In this document: piece by piece, positions 10,298-20,267 of the stretch
Numbering within the stretch: position 1 is the first letter of the stretch
How the letters are laid out: the number at the start of each line of letters is the position of its first letter
Assembly: GCA_963813335.1 (NCBI GenBank)
Contig: CAWEYL010000003.1
Location: 224,001 to 288,000, forward strand
Length of the DNA stretch: 64,000 nt
Origin: an uncultured Chloroflexia bacterium
GTDB lineage: Bacteria > Chloroflexota > Limnocylindria > Limnocylindrales > CSP1-4
Direction: 5' to 3'
Notes under the pieces: model-generated
What the model was told of the DNA's origin: nothing
Database searches by the model: none
The model's input: the letters and a program-made list of their open reading frames with translations, nothing else
Program-made: the position numbers and the translations under genes

Positions 10298-12061
10298 ATG
10301 ACCGACTCCGCCTCGACCACCATCGACGCGCCCCAATTCGCCCTCGGCGACGGCGCCGCCGCGTTCGCCGCGGCCGTGGAGCGCGCCCGATCCGAGGACT
10401 GGGTCAACCGCCTCTTCGCCCGCGACGCGACGCTGTGGTCCTCCGACGCCCGCGTCCAGGAGGCCATCCTCGACCGGCTCGGCTGGCTCGACGCGCCGGC
10501 CCACTTCAGCGAGCGGACCGCCGGGCTCGAAGGCTTCGGCGACAGCGTGGTCGACGAGGGCTATACGACCGCGATCGTCGCCGGCATGGGCGGCAGCAGC
10601 CTCGCCCCGGACATCCTGCATCGCACGTTCGGCAGCCAGGATGGCTACCTCGCCCTGCGGATCCTCGATTCGACCGACCCGGCGTACGTGGCGGCGACGC
10701 TCGACGACCTCGATCCGCTCAAGACGCTGATGATCGTCGCCAGCAAGTCCGGCACCACCACCGAGCCGAATGCCTTCCTCGCCTACCAGTGGAAGCGGGT
10801 CCAGGACGCCCTCGACGCCGTCGGGCATCACACCTACGACCGGCCCGGCGCCTTCTTCGCGACCGTGACCGACCCGGGCAAGAGCCTCGACGCGATCCCC
10901 CATCACGACGACTTCCGCGAGGTCTTCCTGAACCCGCCCGACATCGGCGGGCGGTACTCGGCGCTCACGTATGTGGGGCTCGTGCCGGCGTCGCTGATCG
11001 GGCTGGACCTCGACGCCCTGCTCGCCTCGGCGAGCACGATGGCCGGCGCCTGCCGAAACCCGGACCCGGCGACCAACCCGGGTGTCTCGCTCGGCCTCGC
11101 CATCGGGAGCCTGGCCGCCAACGGGCGTGACAAGCTCACGTTCCTCGCCGACGACGAGATCGGCAGCTTCGGCGCCTGGCTGGAGCAGCTCATCGCCGAG
11201 AGCACCGGCAAGCGCGGGGTCGGGATCGTGCCGATCGACCTCGAGCCGCTCGGCGGCGTCGCAGACTACGGCCCGGACCGCGTCTTCGTGCGCATCGACC
11301 TGGGCGAGTCCGACAACGGCGGACGAGACGAGCTCGCGGCGGCCCTCGAGGCGGCCGGCCATCCGGTGATCCGCATCTCGCTCACCGACCCGATCGACCT
11401 CGGCGCCGAGGCCTGGCGCTGGGAGATCGCGACGGCGGTCGCCGGGATCGTCCTCGGCATCGACCCGTTCGACCAGCCCAACGTCGAGGAGGCCAAGCAG
11501 CTGACCCGTGACCTGCTCGCCAAGGGCGGGACGGTCGAGACGGCGCCGCCACTGGCCGCCGACGGGCCGCTGACCCTCTACGGCGATGCCGCGCTCCGAC
11601 TCACGTCGGGCGATGGCGGCGTCACCGGGGAGCTGGCCCGCCACCTGGCCCGCCGCAAGGCGAATGCCTACCTCGCCATCCAGGCATTCATCGACCCGAC
11701 GCCCGAGACGGACGCGGCCCTCGCCCGCATCCGCACGCTGCTGCGGGCGAAGACGGGTCGCGCGACCACCGCCGGCTACGGCCCGCGCTTCCTCCATTCG
11801 ACCGGGCAGCTCCACAAGGGCGGCGCCCCGATCGGCTGGTTCCTCCAGCTGACCGCGGACCACCCGGCCGACCGCGAGATCCCCGGCTGGCCGTACACCT
11901 TCGGGCAGCTCATCGACGCGCAAGCAGCGGGCGACCTCGCGGCCATCGAGTCGCACGACCTGCCGATCGTGCGGATCCACCTGGGCGCCGACCCGGCCGC
12001 CGGGCTGGCCGCGCTCGAGACCGCCCTCGCGACGGCGCTCGACCAGGCTCCGGAGGGCTGA
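10298..12061 (+). CDS. pgi: Glucose-6-phosphate isomerase (PGI domain of the Tal/Pgi type, no Tal domain)
   Basis: GMGGSSL, SKSGTT, IGGRYSAL, EQLIAESTGK, PFDQPNVE and GPRFLHSTGQLHKGG; GGAGG RBS before ATG 10298. Confidence 0.9.
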   Translation: MTDSASTTIDAPQFALGDGAAAFAAAVERARSEDWVNRLFARDATLWSSDARVQEAILDRLGWLDAPAHFSERTAGLEGFGDSVVDEGYTTAIVAGMGGSSLAPDILHRTFGSQDGYLALRILDSTDPAYVAATLDDLDPLKTLMIVASKSGTTTEPNAFLAYQWKRVQDALDAVGHHTYDRPGAFFATVTDPGKSLDAIPHHDDFREVFLNPPDIGGRYSALTYVGLVPASLIGLDLDALLASASTMAGACRNPDPATNPGVSLGLAIGSLAANGRDKLTFLADDEIGSFGAWLEQLIAESTGKRGVGIVPIDLEPLGGVADYGPDRVFVRIDLGESDNGGRDELAAALEAAGHPVIRISLTDPIDLGAEAWRWEIATAVAGIVLGIDPFDQPNVEEAKQLTRDLLAKGGTVETAPPLAADGPLTLYGDAALRLTSGDGGVTGELARHLARRKANAYLAIQAFIDPTPETDAALARIRTLLRAKTGRATTAGYGPRFLHSTGQLHKGGAPIGWFLQLTADHPADREIPGWPYTFGQLIDAQAAGDLAAIESHDLPIVRIHLGADPAAGLAALETALATALDQAPEG

Positions 12062-12066
12062 CCTCG

Positions 12067-12972
12067 ATGCGCATCGGCTTCATCGGACTCGGGCGCATGG
12101 GCGCCAACATGGTCCGCCGGCTGGGCCGCGACGGGCACGAGATCGTGATCTTCAACCGGACCCCGGAGAAGACCACCGAGCTCGCCGGCGAGGGCCAGGG
12201 CGCGATGGCGACCTACTCGATCGCCGAGCTCGTCGAGCACCTGCCGAAGCCGCGCGCGGTCTGGATCATGGTCCCGGCCGGCGACGCCACCGAGGCGCAG
12301 ATCCACGAGCTCCTCGAGCACCTCGAGCCGGGCGACACGATCATCGACGGCGGCAACACCAACTTCCACGACGACGTCCGCCGCCACGCCGAACTCGCGG
12401 CCAAGGGCATCGGCTACGTCGACGCCGGGACCTCGGGCGGGATCTGGGGCCTCCAGGTCGGCTACTGCCTGATGGTCGGCGGCGACGCGGCGACGGTGAC
12501 GCCGCTCGAGCCGGTCTTCAAGACGCTCGCGCCGGACGGCGGCTACCTGCACGTGGGCGGACCGGGCGCCGGCCACTACGTGAAGATGGTCCACAACGGC
12601 ATCGAGTACGGCCTGATGCAGGCCTATGCCGAGGGCTTCGAGATCATGCACGCGAGCGACTACCCGCTCGACCTCGCGGCCATCTCGGAGCTGTGGATGC
12701 AGGGCTCGGTGGTGCGCTCGTGGCTGCTGGAGCTGGCCGGGCGGGCGTTCCGCGCCAACGGCCAGGACCTCGAGCACCTGAAGGGATTCGTGGCCGATTC
12801 CGGGGAGGGCCGCTGGACGGTCCAGGAAGCGATCGACCACGACGTCCCGGCGCCGGTCATCACCCTCTCGCTGCTGACCCGCTTCCGCTCGCGACAGGAC
12901 GACTCGTACGGCGCGAAGGTGCTGGCGGCGCTGCGCAACGAGTTCGGCGGTCACGAGGTCAAGAAGGAGTGA
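12067..12972 (+). CDS. gnd: 6-phosphogluconate dehydrogenase, decarboxylating (short form)
   Basis: GLGRMG, DGGN, VKMVHNGIEYGLMQ and SGEGRWT. Confidence 0.96.
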   Translation: MRIGFIGLGRMGANMVRRLGRDGHEIVIFNRTPEKTTELAGEGQGAMATYSIAELVEHLPKPRAVWIMVPAGDATEAQIHELLEHLEPGDTIIDGGNTNFHDDVRRHAELAAKGIGYVDAGTSGGIWGLQVGYCLMVGGDAATVTPLEPVFKTLAPDGGYLHVGGPGAGHYVKMVHNGIEYGLMQAYAEGFEIMHASDYPLDLAAISELWMQGSVVRSWLLELAGRAFRANGQDLEHLKGFVADSGEGRWTVQEAIDHDVPAPVITLSLLTRFRSRQDDSYGAKVLAALRNEFGGHEVKKE

Positions 12973-12982
12973 GCCCACTCCG

Positions 12983-14674
12983 ATGGTGAAGACCGTGGGC
13001 GACCCGCCGGCGACCAAGGCGCCCCCTGGCAAGCCCGAGTCGAGCCCGCCCATCCCGGCCCGGCCCGCGCCGCGCGCCAAGGACGCGCCGCGGACGATGC
13101 GCGACCTGCGGATCGCCCAGCAGGGCAAGCGCCCGTCGCGGGCGAAGCCGATCGAGAACGTCCTCCGCGAGGGCCTCCGCCTGGAGCGCATGGCCGACCC
13201 GGCGATCCTGGTGCTGATGGGCGCGACCGGCGACCTCGCCCATCGCAAGGTGCTCCCGGCGCTCTACCAGCTGTGGCGGACGAACCTGCTCCCCCACGAG
13301 TTCGTGGTGCTCGCGGTCGGCCGCCGACCGTACGACGACGAGACGTTCCGTGCCGAGATCCGGACCTCGCTCCAGCAGTACAGCCGCGTCCTGCCGATCG
13401 ACGAGGCGGCCTGCGACTCGTTCGCTGAGCGGATCTGCTACCACCGCCTGGACTTCGCCGACAACGACGGCTTCGACGGGCTGGCGACCCGTCTCGACGA
13501 GCTCGACGAGGAGCGCGGCACCCGCGGCAACCGGCTCTTCTACCTCGCGACGCAGCCCTCGCAGTTCGCCGAGATCGTCGCCCAGATCGGGCGGGTCGGG
13601 CTGGACCACGAGCACCACGACGGCGGGTGGCGGCGGATCGTCATCGAGAAGCCGTTCGGCCACGACCTCGAGTCCGCGAAGCGGCTGAACCGCGAGGTCG
13701 GCAAGGTCTTCCGCGAGTCGCAGGTCTACCGCATCGACCACTACCTGGGCAAGGAGACCGTCCGGAACCTGCTGGTCTTCCGCTTCGGGAACGGCATCTT
13801 CGAGCCGCTGTGGAACCGCCGTTACGTGGACCACGTGCAGATCACCGTGGCCGAGTCGATCGGCATCGAGAACCGCGGGGCGTTCTACGAGGAGACCGGC
13901 GCGTCCCGCGACGTCCTCCAGAACCACCTGCTCCAGCTGGTCAGCCTCATCGCGATGGAGCCGCCCGCGACCTTCGATGCCGATTCGCTGCGCGACGAGA
14001 AGGTCAAGGTGCTGCGCGCCATCGCCAACGACCCCGGCGCTGCGGCCAGGGACGTCGTGCGCGGCCAGTACGGCCCCGGCTGGGTGGCGGCGACCAAGGT
14101 CCCGGCCTACCGCGACGAGCCCGACGTCGACCCGCACTCCGAGACCGAGACGTTCGTGGCGGCGAAGCTGACCATCGACGACTGGCGCTGGTCCGGCGTG
14201 CCGTTCTACGTCCGGACCGGCAAGCGCCTCCCGAAGCGCGCCACCGAGATCGCCATCCAGTACCGCGAGGTACCGCACCGGCTCTTCCGGGACGCCGCCG
14301 CCGACCCCGACCCGAACCTCCTCGTCATCCGCGTCCAGCCGGACGAGGGGATCATGCTGCGCTTCGGGGCCAAGGTCCCCGGGCTGGGCATGGACGTCCG
14401 GTCGGTCACGATGGACTTCACCTACGGGTCGGCGTTCAACGTGGACTCGCCCGACGCCTACGAGACGCTCATCCTCGACGCCCTCCAGGGCGACGCCTCG
14501 CTGTTCACCCGGGCCGACGAGGTCGAGGAGGCATGGAGCATCGTCGACCCGCTGATCGACGCCTGGGCGTCGAGCCCGGAGCCGGCGCTCCCGAACTACG
14601 ACGCCGGGACGTGGGGACCGCCGGAGGCCGACGAGCTGCTCGCCCGCGACGGACGGCGCTGGCGGCGGATCTAG
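12983..14674 (+). CDS. zwf: Glucose-6-phosphate 1-dehydrogenase
   Basis: GATGDLA, EKPFG and RIDHYLGKE. Confidence 0.97.
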   Translation: MVKTVGDPPATKAPPGKPESSPPIPARPAPRAKDAPRTMRDLRIAQQGKRPSRAKPIENVLREGLRLERMADPAILVLMGATGDLAHRKVLPALYQLWRTNLLPHEFVVLAVGRRPYDDETFRAEIRTSLQQYSRVLPIDEAACDSFAERICYHRLDFADNDGFDGLATRLDELDEERGTRGNRLFYLATQPSQFAEIVAQIGRVGLDHEHHDGGWRRIVIEKPFGHDLESAKRLNREVGKVFRESQVYRIDHYLGKETVRNLLVFRFGNGIFEPLWNRRYVDHVQITVAESIGIENRGAFYEETGASRDVLQNHLLQLVSLIAMEPPATFDADSLRDEKVKVLRAIANDPGAAARDVVRGQYGPGWVAATKVPAYRDEPDVDPHSETETFVAAKLTIDDWRWSGVPFYVRTGKRLPKRATEIAIQYREVPHRLFRDAAADPDPNLLVIRVQPDEGIMLRFGAKVPGLGMDVRSVTMDFTYGSAFNVDSPDAYETLILDALQGDASLFTRADEVEEAWSIVDPLIDAWASSPEPALPNYDAGTWGPPEADELLARDGRRWRRI

Positions 14675-14675
14675 C

Positions 14676-15917
14676 ATGGCCATCGACACCCCGGCCAAGG
14701 TCGGCGAGCCGGTCCTGCGCTGGTCCGGGCGCGCCGACAGCATCGCCGGCTGCGAGGCCCTGCTCGCGCGCATCTGGGCCAGCAAGGACCTGACGGTCAA
14801 GGCCGACGATGCGCCGGCCCGCCATATCGCCGCGCGGACCAGCGTGATGAACCTCGTGGTCGTCGCGCGGCGGCCCGAGGTCGCCGAGCATTGCGCCGCG
14901 ACCATCCAGGCGCTGACCGGCCGCCACCCGTCGCGGACCATGATCATCGGCTCGGCCGACCCGGACGGCCCGTCGTGGCTGGATGCCCGGGTCGAGGCCT
15001 TCTGCGTGCTGCCGCGCGAGGACGCCCCGGAGACCTGTGCCGAGATGATCCGCCTCACCGCCGGCGGTGAGGCCGGACGGCACCTCGGGGCGATCGCCAC
15101 CCCGCTCATCCTCCACGACCTGCCGGTCACGGTCTGGTGGCCGGGCGAGCCGCCGTTCGGGACGGAGCCGACCCGCGAGCTGCTCGAAGGCGCCGACCGC
15201 CTGGTCGTGGACGGGTCCACCTGGAGCGGCGACGGCCTGGCGCGGCTGGCCGAGATGGCGCAGCTCCTCTCGACGACCTCGATCTCGATCAGCGACTTCG
15301 CGCTCGTCCGCCAATCGCGCTGGCGCGAGGCGATCGCCTCGATCTTCGACGATCCGGACTTCCTCCCGTACCTGCGCTCGCTGCGCCGCATCGCGGTGAC
15401 CTTCGGGACGCACGACGAGGCCTGCGCGCCGCGGTCGGCGAACCTGGTCAAGCCGGTCTACCACGTGGGCTGGCTGGCCTCGCGGCTCGGGCTCTCCGTG
15501 GTCAAGCCGCTGACCGAGGTGGCGGGGCACGGACCCGCGACATCGAGCCGGCCGGTGCGCGGTCCCGGCGCCAAGCCGGTCGTCGGCCGCGGGCTCGCCG
15601 CGACGCTCTCGGACGGCCGGAGCGAGGTCGGGGTGGTGGTCCGGCCCACCGTCTCGACGATGCCGGCCGGGACCACGTTGCGCGTCGAGCTGCTGGCGGA
15701 GCGACGGGGCTCGGAGCTGCGCGCCGACGTCACGGCCGAGGCCGAGACCGTCCACGTCCGGGTCTGGCAGGACGGGGTGGAGGCGCTCGAGCGGCACTTC
15801 CTCGCCCCCCGCCGGACGGAGGTGGACCTGCTCGCCGAGGCGATCGAATCCGGCCGACGCGACCCGGTGGCGGTCGGCGCGCTCCGGTCCGCGGCCGCGC
15901 TGACCGGCCTGACGTGA
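14676..15917 (+). CDS. opcA: G6PDH assembly protein OpcA
   Basis: HPSRTMI, DLPVTVWWPG and DRLVVD motifs; directly after zwf. Confidence 0.9.
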   Translation: MAIDTPAKVGEPVLRWSGRADSIAGCEALLARIWASKDLTVKADDAPARHIAARTSVMNLVVVARRPEVAEHCAATIQALTGRHPSRTMIIGSADPDGPSWLDARVEAFCVLPREDAPETCAEMIRLTAGGEAGRHLGAIATPLILHDLPVTVWWPGEPPFGTEPTRELLEGADRLVVDGSTWSGDGLARLAEMAQLLSTTSISISDFALVRQSRWREAIASIFDDPDFLPYLRSLRRIAVTFGTHDEACAPRSANLVKPVYHVGWLASRLGLSVVKPLTEVAGHGPATSSRPVRGPGAKPVVGRGLAATLSDGRSEVGVVVRPTVSTMPAGTTLRVELLAERRGSELRADVTAEAETVHVRVWQDGVEALERHFLAPRRTEVDLLAEAIESGRRDPVAVGALRSAAALTGLT

Positions 15918-16735
15918 GCGACACGCTGCCCGCCGCGGACGAGCCCGAGATCCGGGTCGTCGCGGACCCCGCGACCGCCTCCGCGCTCGCGGCGGAGCTG
16001 ACCGCGGCGTGGCTCACCGAGGCGGTGGCAGACCGCGGCCGCGCCGACTGGACGACCACCGGCGGGTCCTCGCCCATCGGGATGTATCGGCGCCTCATGC
16101 GGCCGCCACTGGTGGACCAGGTCCCCTGGTCCGAGGTCCGCGTCTGGTGGGGCGACGACCGCTTCGTGGGCCGCGACCACCCGCTCTCGTGCGTCAAGGC
16201 GCTGGACGACATCCTGCTCGGGATCGGGCGGACCGAGGAGGGCACGGCCGGCGGCGCCGTCGAGGTCGGGATCCCTGCGGCGAACGTGCATCCATTCCCC
16301 ACCGGCGAGGCGATCGGCCGCTCGCTCGGCGCCGACTGGTGCGCGACCCAGCTGGCCGCCACCCTCCGATCCGACGGGCCGCCGTTCGCGGGCGGCTGGC
16401 CCGCCTTCGACGTGCTCATGCTGGGGATGGGCGCCGACGGCCATGTCCTCTCGGTCTTCCCGGGCTCGGCGGCCTTCGACTCGACCGAGCTCTGCCTCGC
16501 GATCCCGGCGCCCACGCACATCGAGCCACATGTCGAGCGGGTGACGATGAACCCCGCGGTCATCGGCGCCGCCCGGCGCGTCCTGGTGGTCACGACCGGG
16601 CCGGGCAAGGCCGCCATCCTGGCCGACGTCTTCGGCGACGCCCGCGACCCGCGCCGCTGGCCCGCCCAGCTGGCCAGGATCCCGACCGCCACCTGGATCC
16701 TCGACGAGGCCGCGGCCGCGGGACTCGCGCGCTGA
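15914..16735 (+). CDS. pgl: 6-phosphogluconolactonase
   Basis: TGGSSP, WWGDDRFV, LGMGADGHVLSVFPG and ERVTM; GTG overlapping the opcA stop. Confidence 0.92.
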   Translation: MSDTLPAADEPEIRVVADPATASALAAELTAAWLTEAVADRGRADWTTTGGSSPIGMYRRLMRPPLVDQVPWSEVRVWWGDDRFVGRDHPLSCVKALDDILLGIGRTEEGTAGGAVEVGIPAANVHPFPTGEAIGRSLGADWCATQLAATLRSDGPPFAGGWPAFDVLMLGMGADGHVLSVFPGSAAFDSTELCLAIPAPTHIEPHVERVTMNPAVIGAARRVLVVTTGPGKAAILADVFGDARDPRRWPAQLARIPTATWILDEAAAAGLAR

Positions 16736-16739
16736 CCCG

Positions 16740-17579
16740 ATGAGCTGGCCGGAAGGGGTCGCGGCGCGCCATATCCCCGCGCCGGACGGCGTCCCGATCG
16801 GGGTCTTCACGAGCGGCACCGGGCCGCCGCTGGTCCTCGTCCACGGCACGGCCGGCGACCACACGACATTCCGGATCGTCGGGCCGATGCTGGCGGGCGT
16901 CCGGACGGTCCACGCGGTCGACCGCCGCGGACGCGGCGCCTCCGGCGACGCCGAGCCATACGCGATCGAGCGCGAATACGACGACCTGGCCGCGGTCGCG
17001 AGGGCGATCGCCGACGCGGACGGCCGGGCGGTCGAGGTCGTGGGGCATTCCTACGGCGGCCGTTGCGCCCTTGGCGCGGCGCTGCGGACCGACGCGATCG
17101 CCCGGGTCGTCTGCTACGAGGGCGCGCCCTCGCCACCCGACGTGCCCTACCAGACCGCTGGCCTCGCGGCCGACCTGCGCCGACTCCTCGATGCCGACGC
17201 GAACGACGAACTCTACGCCGCGTTCCTGACGCGGGTCGTGGGCATGTCCGCGGCCGAGCTGGCCGCCTACCGGGCGGACCCGGTCTGGCCGGTCCGGGTC
17301 GCCACGGCCGCGACCATCGTCCGCGAGCTCGAGGCGGAACGGACGCCCGCCGCGGGGCTCGACGCCCTGGCCGGGGTCCGCCAGCCGGTCCTGCAGATCC
17401 TCGGCGGGGAGAGCCTGCCCGCCTTCGCCCGCGCGACCGCGGCGCTCGACGCGCGGCTGGCGGACGGCCGCGTCACGGTCATCCCGGGCGCCCGGCATGC
17501 CGCCCATCACACCCATCCCGAGGCGTTCGTGGCGGCCGTGCTGGGCGATGACGACCGTCCGGCTCCCGTGCGAGACTGA
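16740..17579 (+). CDS. Alpha/beta hydrolase
   Basis: LVHG, DRRGRGAS, GHSYGG and C-terminal catalytic His. Confidence 0.9.
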   Translation: MSWPEGVAARHIPAPDGVPIGVFTSGTGPPLVLVHGTAGDHTTFRIVGPMLAGVRTVHAVDRRGRGASGDAEPYAIEREYDDLAAVARAIADADGRAVEVVGHSYGGRCALGAALRTDAIARVVCYEGAPSPPDVPYQTAGLAADLRRLLDADANDELYAAFLTRVVGMSAAELAAYRADPVWPVRVATAATIVRELEAERTPAAGLDALAGVRQPVLQILGGESLPAFARATAALDARLADGRVTVIPGARHAAHHTHPEAFVAAVLGDDDRPAPVRD

Positions 17580-17584
17580 GCGAC

Positions 17585-17845
17585 ATGCTGGACATGGGCT
17601 GGCTCGGCTGGATCGTCGTCGGCCTCCTGGCGGGCGCGATCTCGGGAGCCATGCTCGGGGGGACGACCGCGCGCGGCTGCCTGCCGAACGTGGTCGTCGG
17701 CATCCTCGGCGGCGTGCTGGGCGGCTGGCTGGCGACGCAGATGGGCTTCGGGCCCGCGCAGGGCTTCCTCGCCGCGCTGGTCGTGGCGATCCTCGGCTCG
17801 CTCGTCGTCCGCCTCGTCCTGAACGCCATCTCCACCAAGGACTGA
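17585..17845 (+). CDS. GlsB/YeaQ/YmgE family stress-response membrane protein
   Basis: WIVVGLLAGAI...GCLPNVVVGILGGVLGGWL pattern. Confidence 0.88.
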   Translation: MLDMGWLGWIVVGLLAGAISGAMLGGTTARGCLPNVVVGILGGVLGGWLATQMGFGPAQGFLAALVVAILGSLVVRLVLNAISTKD

Positions 17846-17895
17846 CCCGTGCCCGGCGGACCGACCGGGCGCCCGATGTGGACTACCATCGACGC

Positions 17896-19032
17896 ATGAG
17901 CGACGCCGCGACCACCGCCCCTCCCGCAACCGCGACACCGGCCGCGGAGCCGGCCTACTCCCCGGGGCTGGCCGGGGTCATCGCCGGCGAGACGGCCCTC
18001 AGCCTGGTTGACGGCGAGCGCGGCCGGCTCCTCTATCGCGGCTACCGCATCGGCGACATCGTCGACCACGGCTCCTACAGCGCCGTGGCCAACCTGCTGT
18101 GGACCGGCGACTGGGATCCGGCGGCGCGCCTCGCCACCGCGCCCGTGCCGCCCGAGGTCATGACGGTCCTGCGCACGCTGCCGCCCACCACCAAGCCGAT
18201 GGACGCGCTGCGGACCGCCGTCTCGGCCTGGGGCGCCGTCCAGAACCCGACGTGGCCGCCGACCGTCGATCAGGCGCGCGCGATCACGGCCGCCTCCCCA
18301 TCCGCGCTGGCCGCGTTCGCCCGGCTGCGCCAGGGCCTCGAGCCGATCGAGCCGGACCCCTCGCTCGACCTGGTCTCCGGCTTCCTCTACCAGATCAACG
18401 GCGTGGTGCCGGAGCCAGCGACCGCCAAGGCCCTCGACGCGTACTTCATGGTGGGCGCGGAGCACAGCTTCAACGCCTCGACCTTCACCGCCCGGGTCGT
18501 GATCTCGACGCGGTCGGATATCGCCTCGGCGGTCGCCGCGGCCATCGGCACGATGAAGGGCCCGCTCCATGGCGGCGCCCCGACCGAGGTGGTCGACCAG
18601 CTCTCCCAGATCGGGACGCCCGAGCACGCCGAGGCGTGGCTGAACGGTGCGCTCGATCGCGGCGAGCGGCTGATGGGCTTCGGCCATCGCGTCTACCGCG
18701 CCTACGACCCGCGCGCGGCCGCGCTGCGCAAGGTCGCCGAATCCATGCCGAACGCGCCCGACTGGCTGCAGACCGCGATCGCCGTCGAGGATGTCGCCCT
18801 GCGCGTGCTGGCGGAGCGACATCCGGAGCGGGCCCTCAAGACCAACGTGGAGTATTACGCGGCCCCGGTCCTGCTCGGCGTCGGGCTCTCGCCGGACCTC
18901 TTCCCGGCGACGTTCTCGCTCGCACGCCACGCGGGCTGGACCGCGCATGCCCTCGAGCAGGCCGGCGCCGACCATCTGATCCGCCCGTCCGTCCGCTACA
19001 TCGGCCCCGCGGAGCGCGATCTGCCCGCCTGA
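17896..19032 (+). CDS. Citrate/2-methylcitrate synthase
   Basis: GLAGV, LLYRGY, EHSFNASTF, GPLHGGA, MGFGHRVY and NVEYY. Confidence 0.93.
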   Translation: MSDAATTAPPATATPAAEPAYSPGLAGVIAGETALSLVDGERGRLLYRGYRIGDIVDHGSYSAVANLLWTGDWDPAARLATAPVPPEVMTVLRTLPPTTKPMDALRTAVSAWGAVQNPTWPPTVDQARAITAASPSALAAFARLRQGLEPIEPDPSLDLVSGFLYQINGVVPEPATAKALDAYFMVGAEHSFNASTFTARVVISTRSDIASAVAAAIGTMKGPLHGGAPTEVVDQLSQIGTPEHAEAWLNGALDRGERLMGFGHRVYRAYDPRAAALRKVAESMPNAPDWLQTAIAVEDVALRVLAERHPERALKTNVEYYAAPVLLGVGLSPDLFPATFSLARHAGWTAHALEQAGADHLIRPSVRYIGPAERDLPA

Positions 19033-19038
19033 CCCCTG

Positions 19039-20049
19039 CTACAGCCAGCCGCGGCGCCGGAAGTAGGCGACGAGGGCGATGAGCAGGATGCCCATCAGCA
19101 GCAGGATCCCCAGGAACGCGAACTCGGCCGTCTGCCCGGGGACCGGCACGTTCATCCCGAAGATGCTCGCGATCAGCGTCAGCGGCAGGAGCACGACGCT
19201 CGCCGCGGTCAGGATCCGGAACGAATCGTTCAGCCGGTGCGACAGCACCGATTCGTTGGTGGACTCCAGCGCCTCGATGACCTCCTTGTGGTTCTCGAGC
19301 GTGTCCCAGATCCGCTCGGCCGCGTCGGAGATGTCGTCGAAGTAGATCTCCAGCTCCTCCTGGAGATAGCGCTGCTTCGTCCGCTCGAGCTCGCGCAGGA
19401 CGGCGCGCTGGGGCCGGACGATGCGCCGGAAGTTGATGATCTCCTGCTTCGCTTCGGAGATGTCCCGCACGATCTCGCCCGATCGCCCCTCGAAGATGTC
19501 GTCCTCGATGCGGTCGAGCTTCATCTCCATCTTGCGCAGCATCGGGAACGAGGCGTCCACGCAGGTGTCGACGATCTTGTAGAGCAGATAGCCCGTCCCC
19601 TTCGAGAAGGTCGCCTCGCGCAAGTCCGCCTTCTCGCGATAGCGCTCGAACATCGCGGTCAGCGGCGGGAGCGGCATGTTCGGCAGCGTGATGAGGTAGT
19701 CCGGGCCCATGAACAGGTCCATCTCCGCCGTCAGGATCCGCGAGGTCTCCTTCTCGTAGAGCGGGAAGTGCAGGACGATGAAGACGTAGTCGTCGTACTG
19801 GTCCAGCTTCGGGCGGTTGTTGCGCGAGTAGACGTCCTCGTAGTCGAGCGGGTGGAAGTCGAAGTTGTCCTCCAGCCAGTCGCGGTCGGACGTGCGCGGC
19901 GATTCGATGTGGATCCAGCGGATGCCGGACGCCTCGATGATCTCGGGTGCCGCGACCTCGGGCTGGAGCGTCGGGCGCCACGCCGCCGCGCGCTCGGCGG
20001 CCGCGCGGTCGCGGGAGGGGCGGCAGGACGAGGTTCGGCACGCAGCCAT
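19039..20049 (-). CDS. corA: CorA family Mg2+/Co2+ transporter (start uncertain, possible frameshift near 19985)
   Basis: FHPLDYED, RPKLD and LIASIFGMN followed by TM2. Confidence 0.92.
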   Translation of the reverse strand: MAACRTSSCRPSRDRAAAERAAAWRPTLQPEVAAPEIIEASGIRWIHIESPRTSDRDWLEDNFDFHPLDYEDVYSRNNRPKLDQYDDYVFIVLHFPLYEKETSRILTAEMDLFMGPDYLITLPNMPLPPLTAMFERYREKADLREATFSKGTGYLLYKIVDTCVDASFPMLRKMEMKLDRIEDDIFEGRSGEIVRDISEAKQEIINFRRIVRPQRAVLRELERTKQRYLQEELEIYFDDISDAAERIWDTLENHKEVIEALESTNESVLSHRLNDSFRILTAASVVLLPLTLIASIFGMNVPVPGQTAEFAFLGILLLMGILLIALVAYFRRRGWL

Positions 20050-20267
20050 CGTAGCGGTCACCGCGCGACGCGCGACGCCCCGCGCGACGTCTCGCAGTAA
20101 TGAGTACAGTCGTATCTGACAATTCGAAGTCTTCTGACAACACAACCACGGGCCCCGACCGGGGCGTCCCCCGAACGGTGGGCCCGCGGCAACCGACGGA
20201 TGATCGCCGTCCGATCGCCTTGTGGAGGGATGACGATGACGACGACACCGCCGGACGACGCGCCGCG

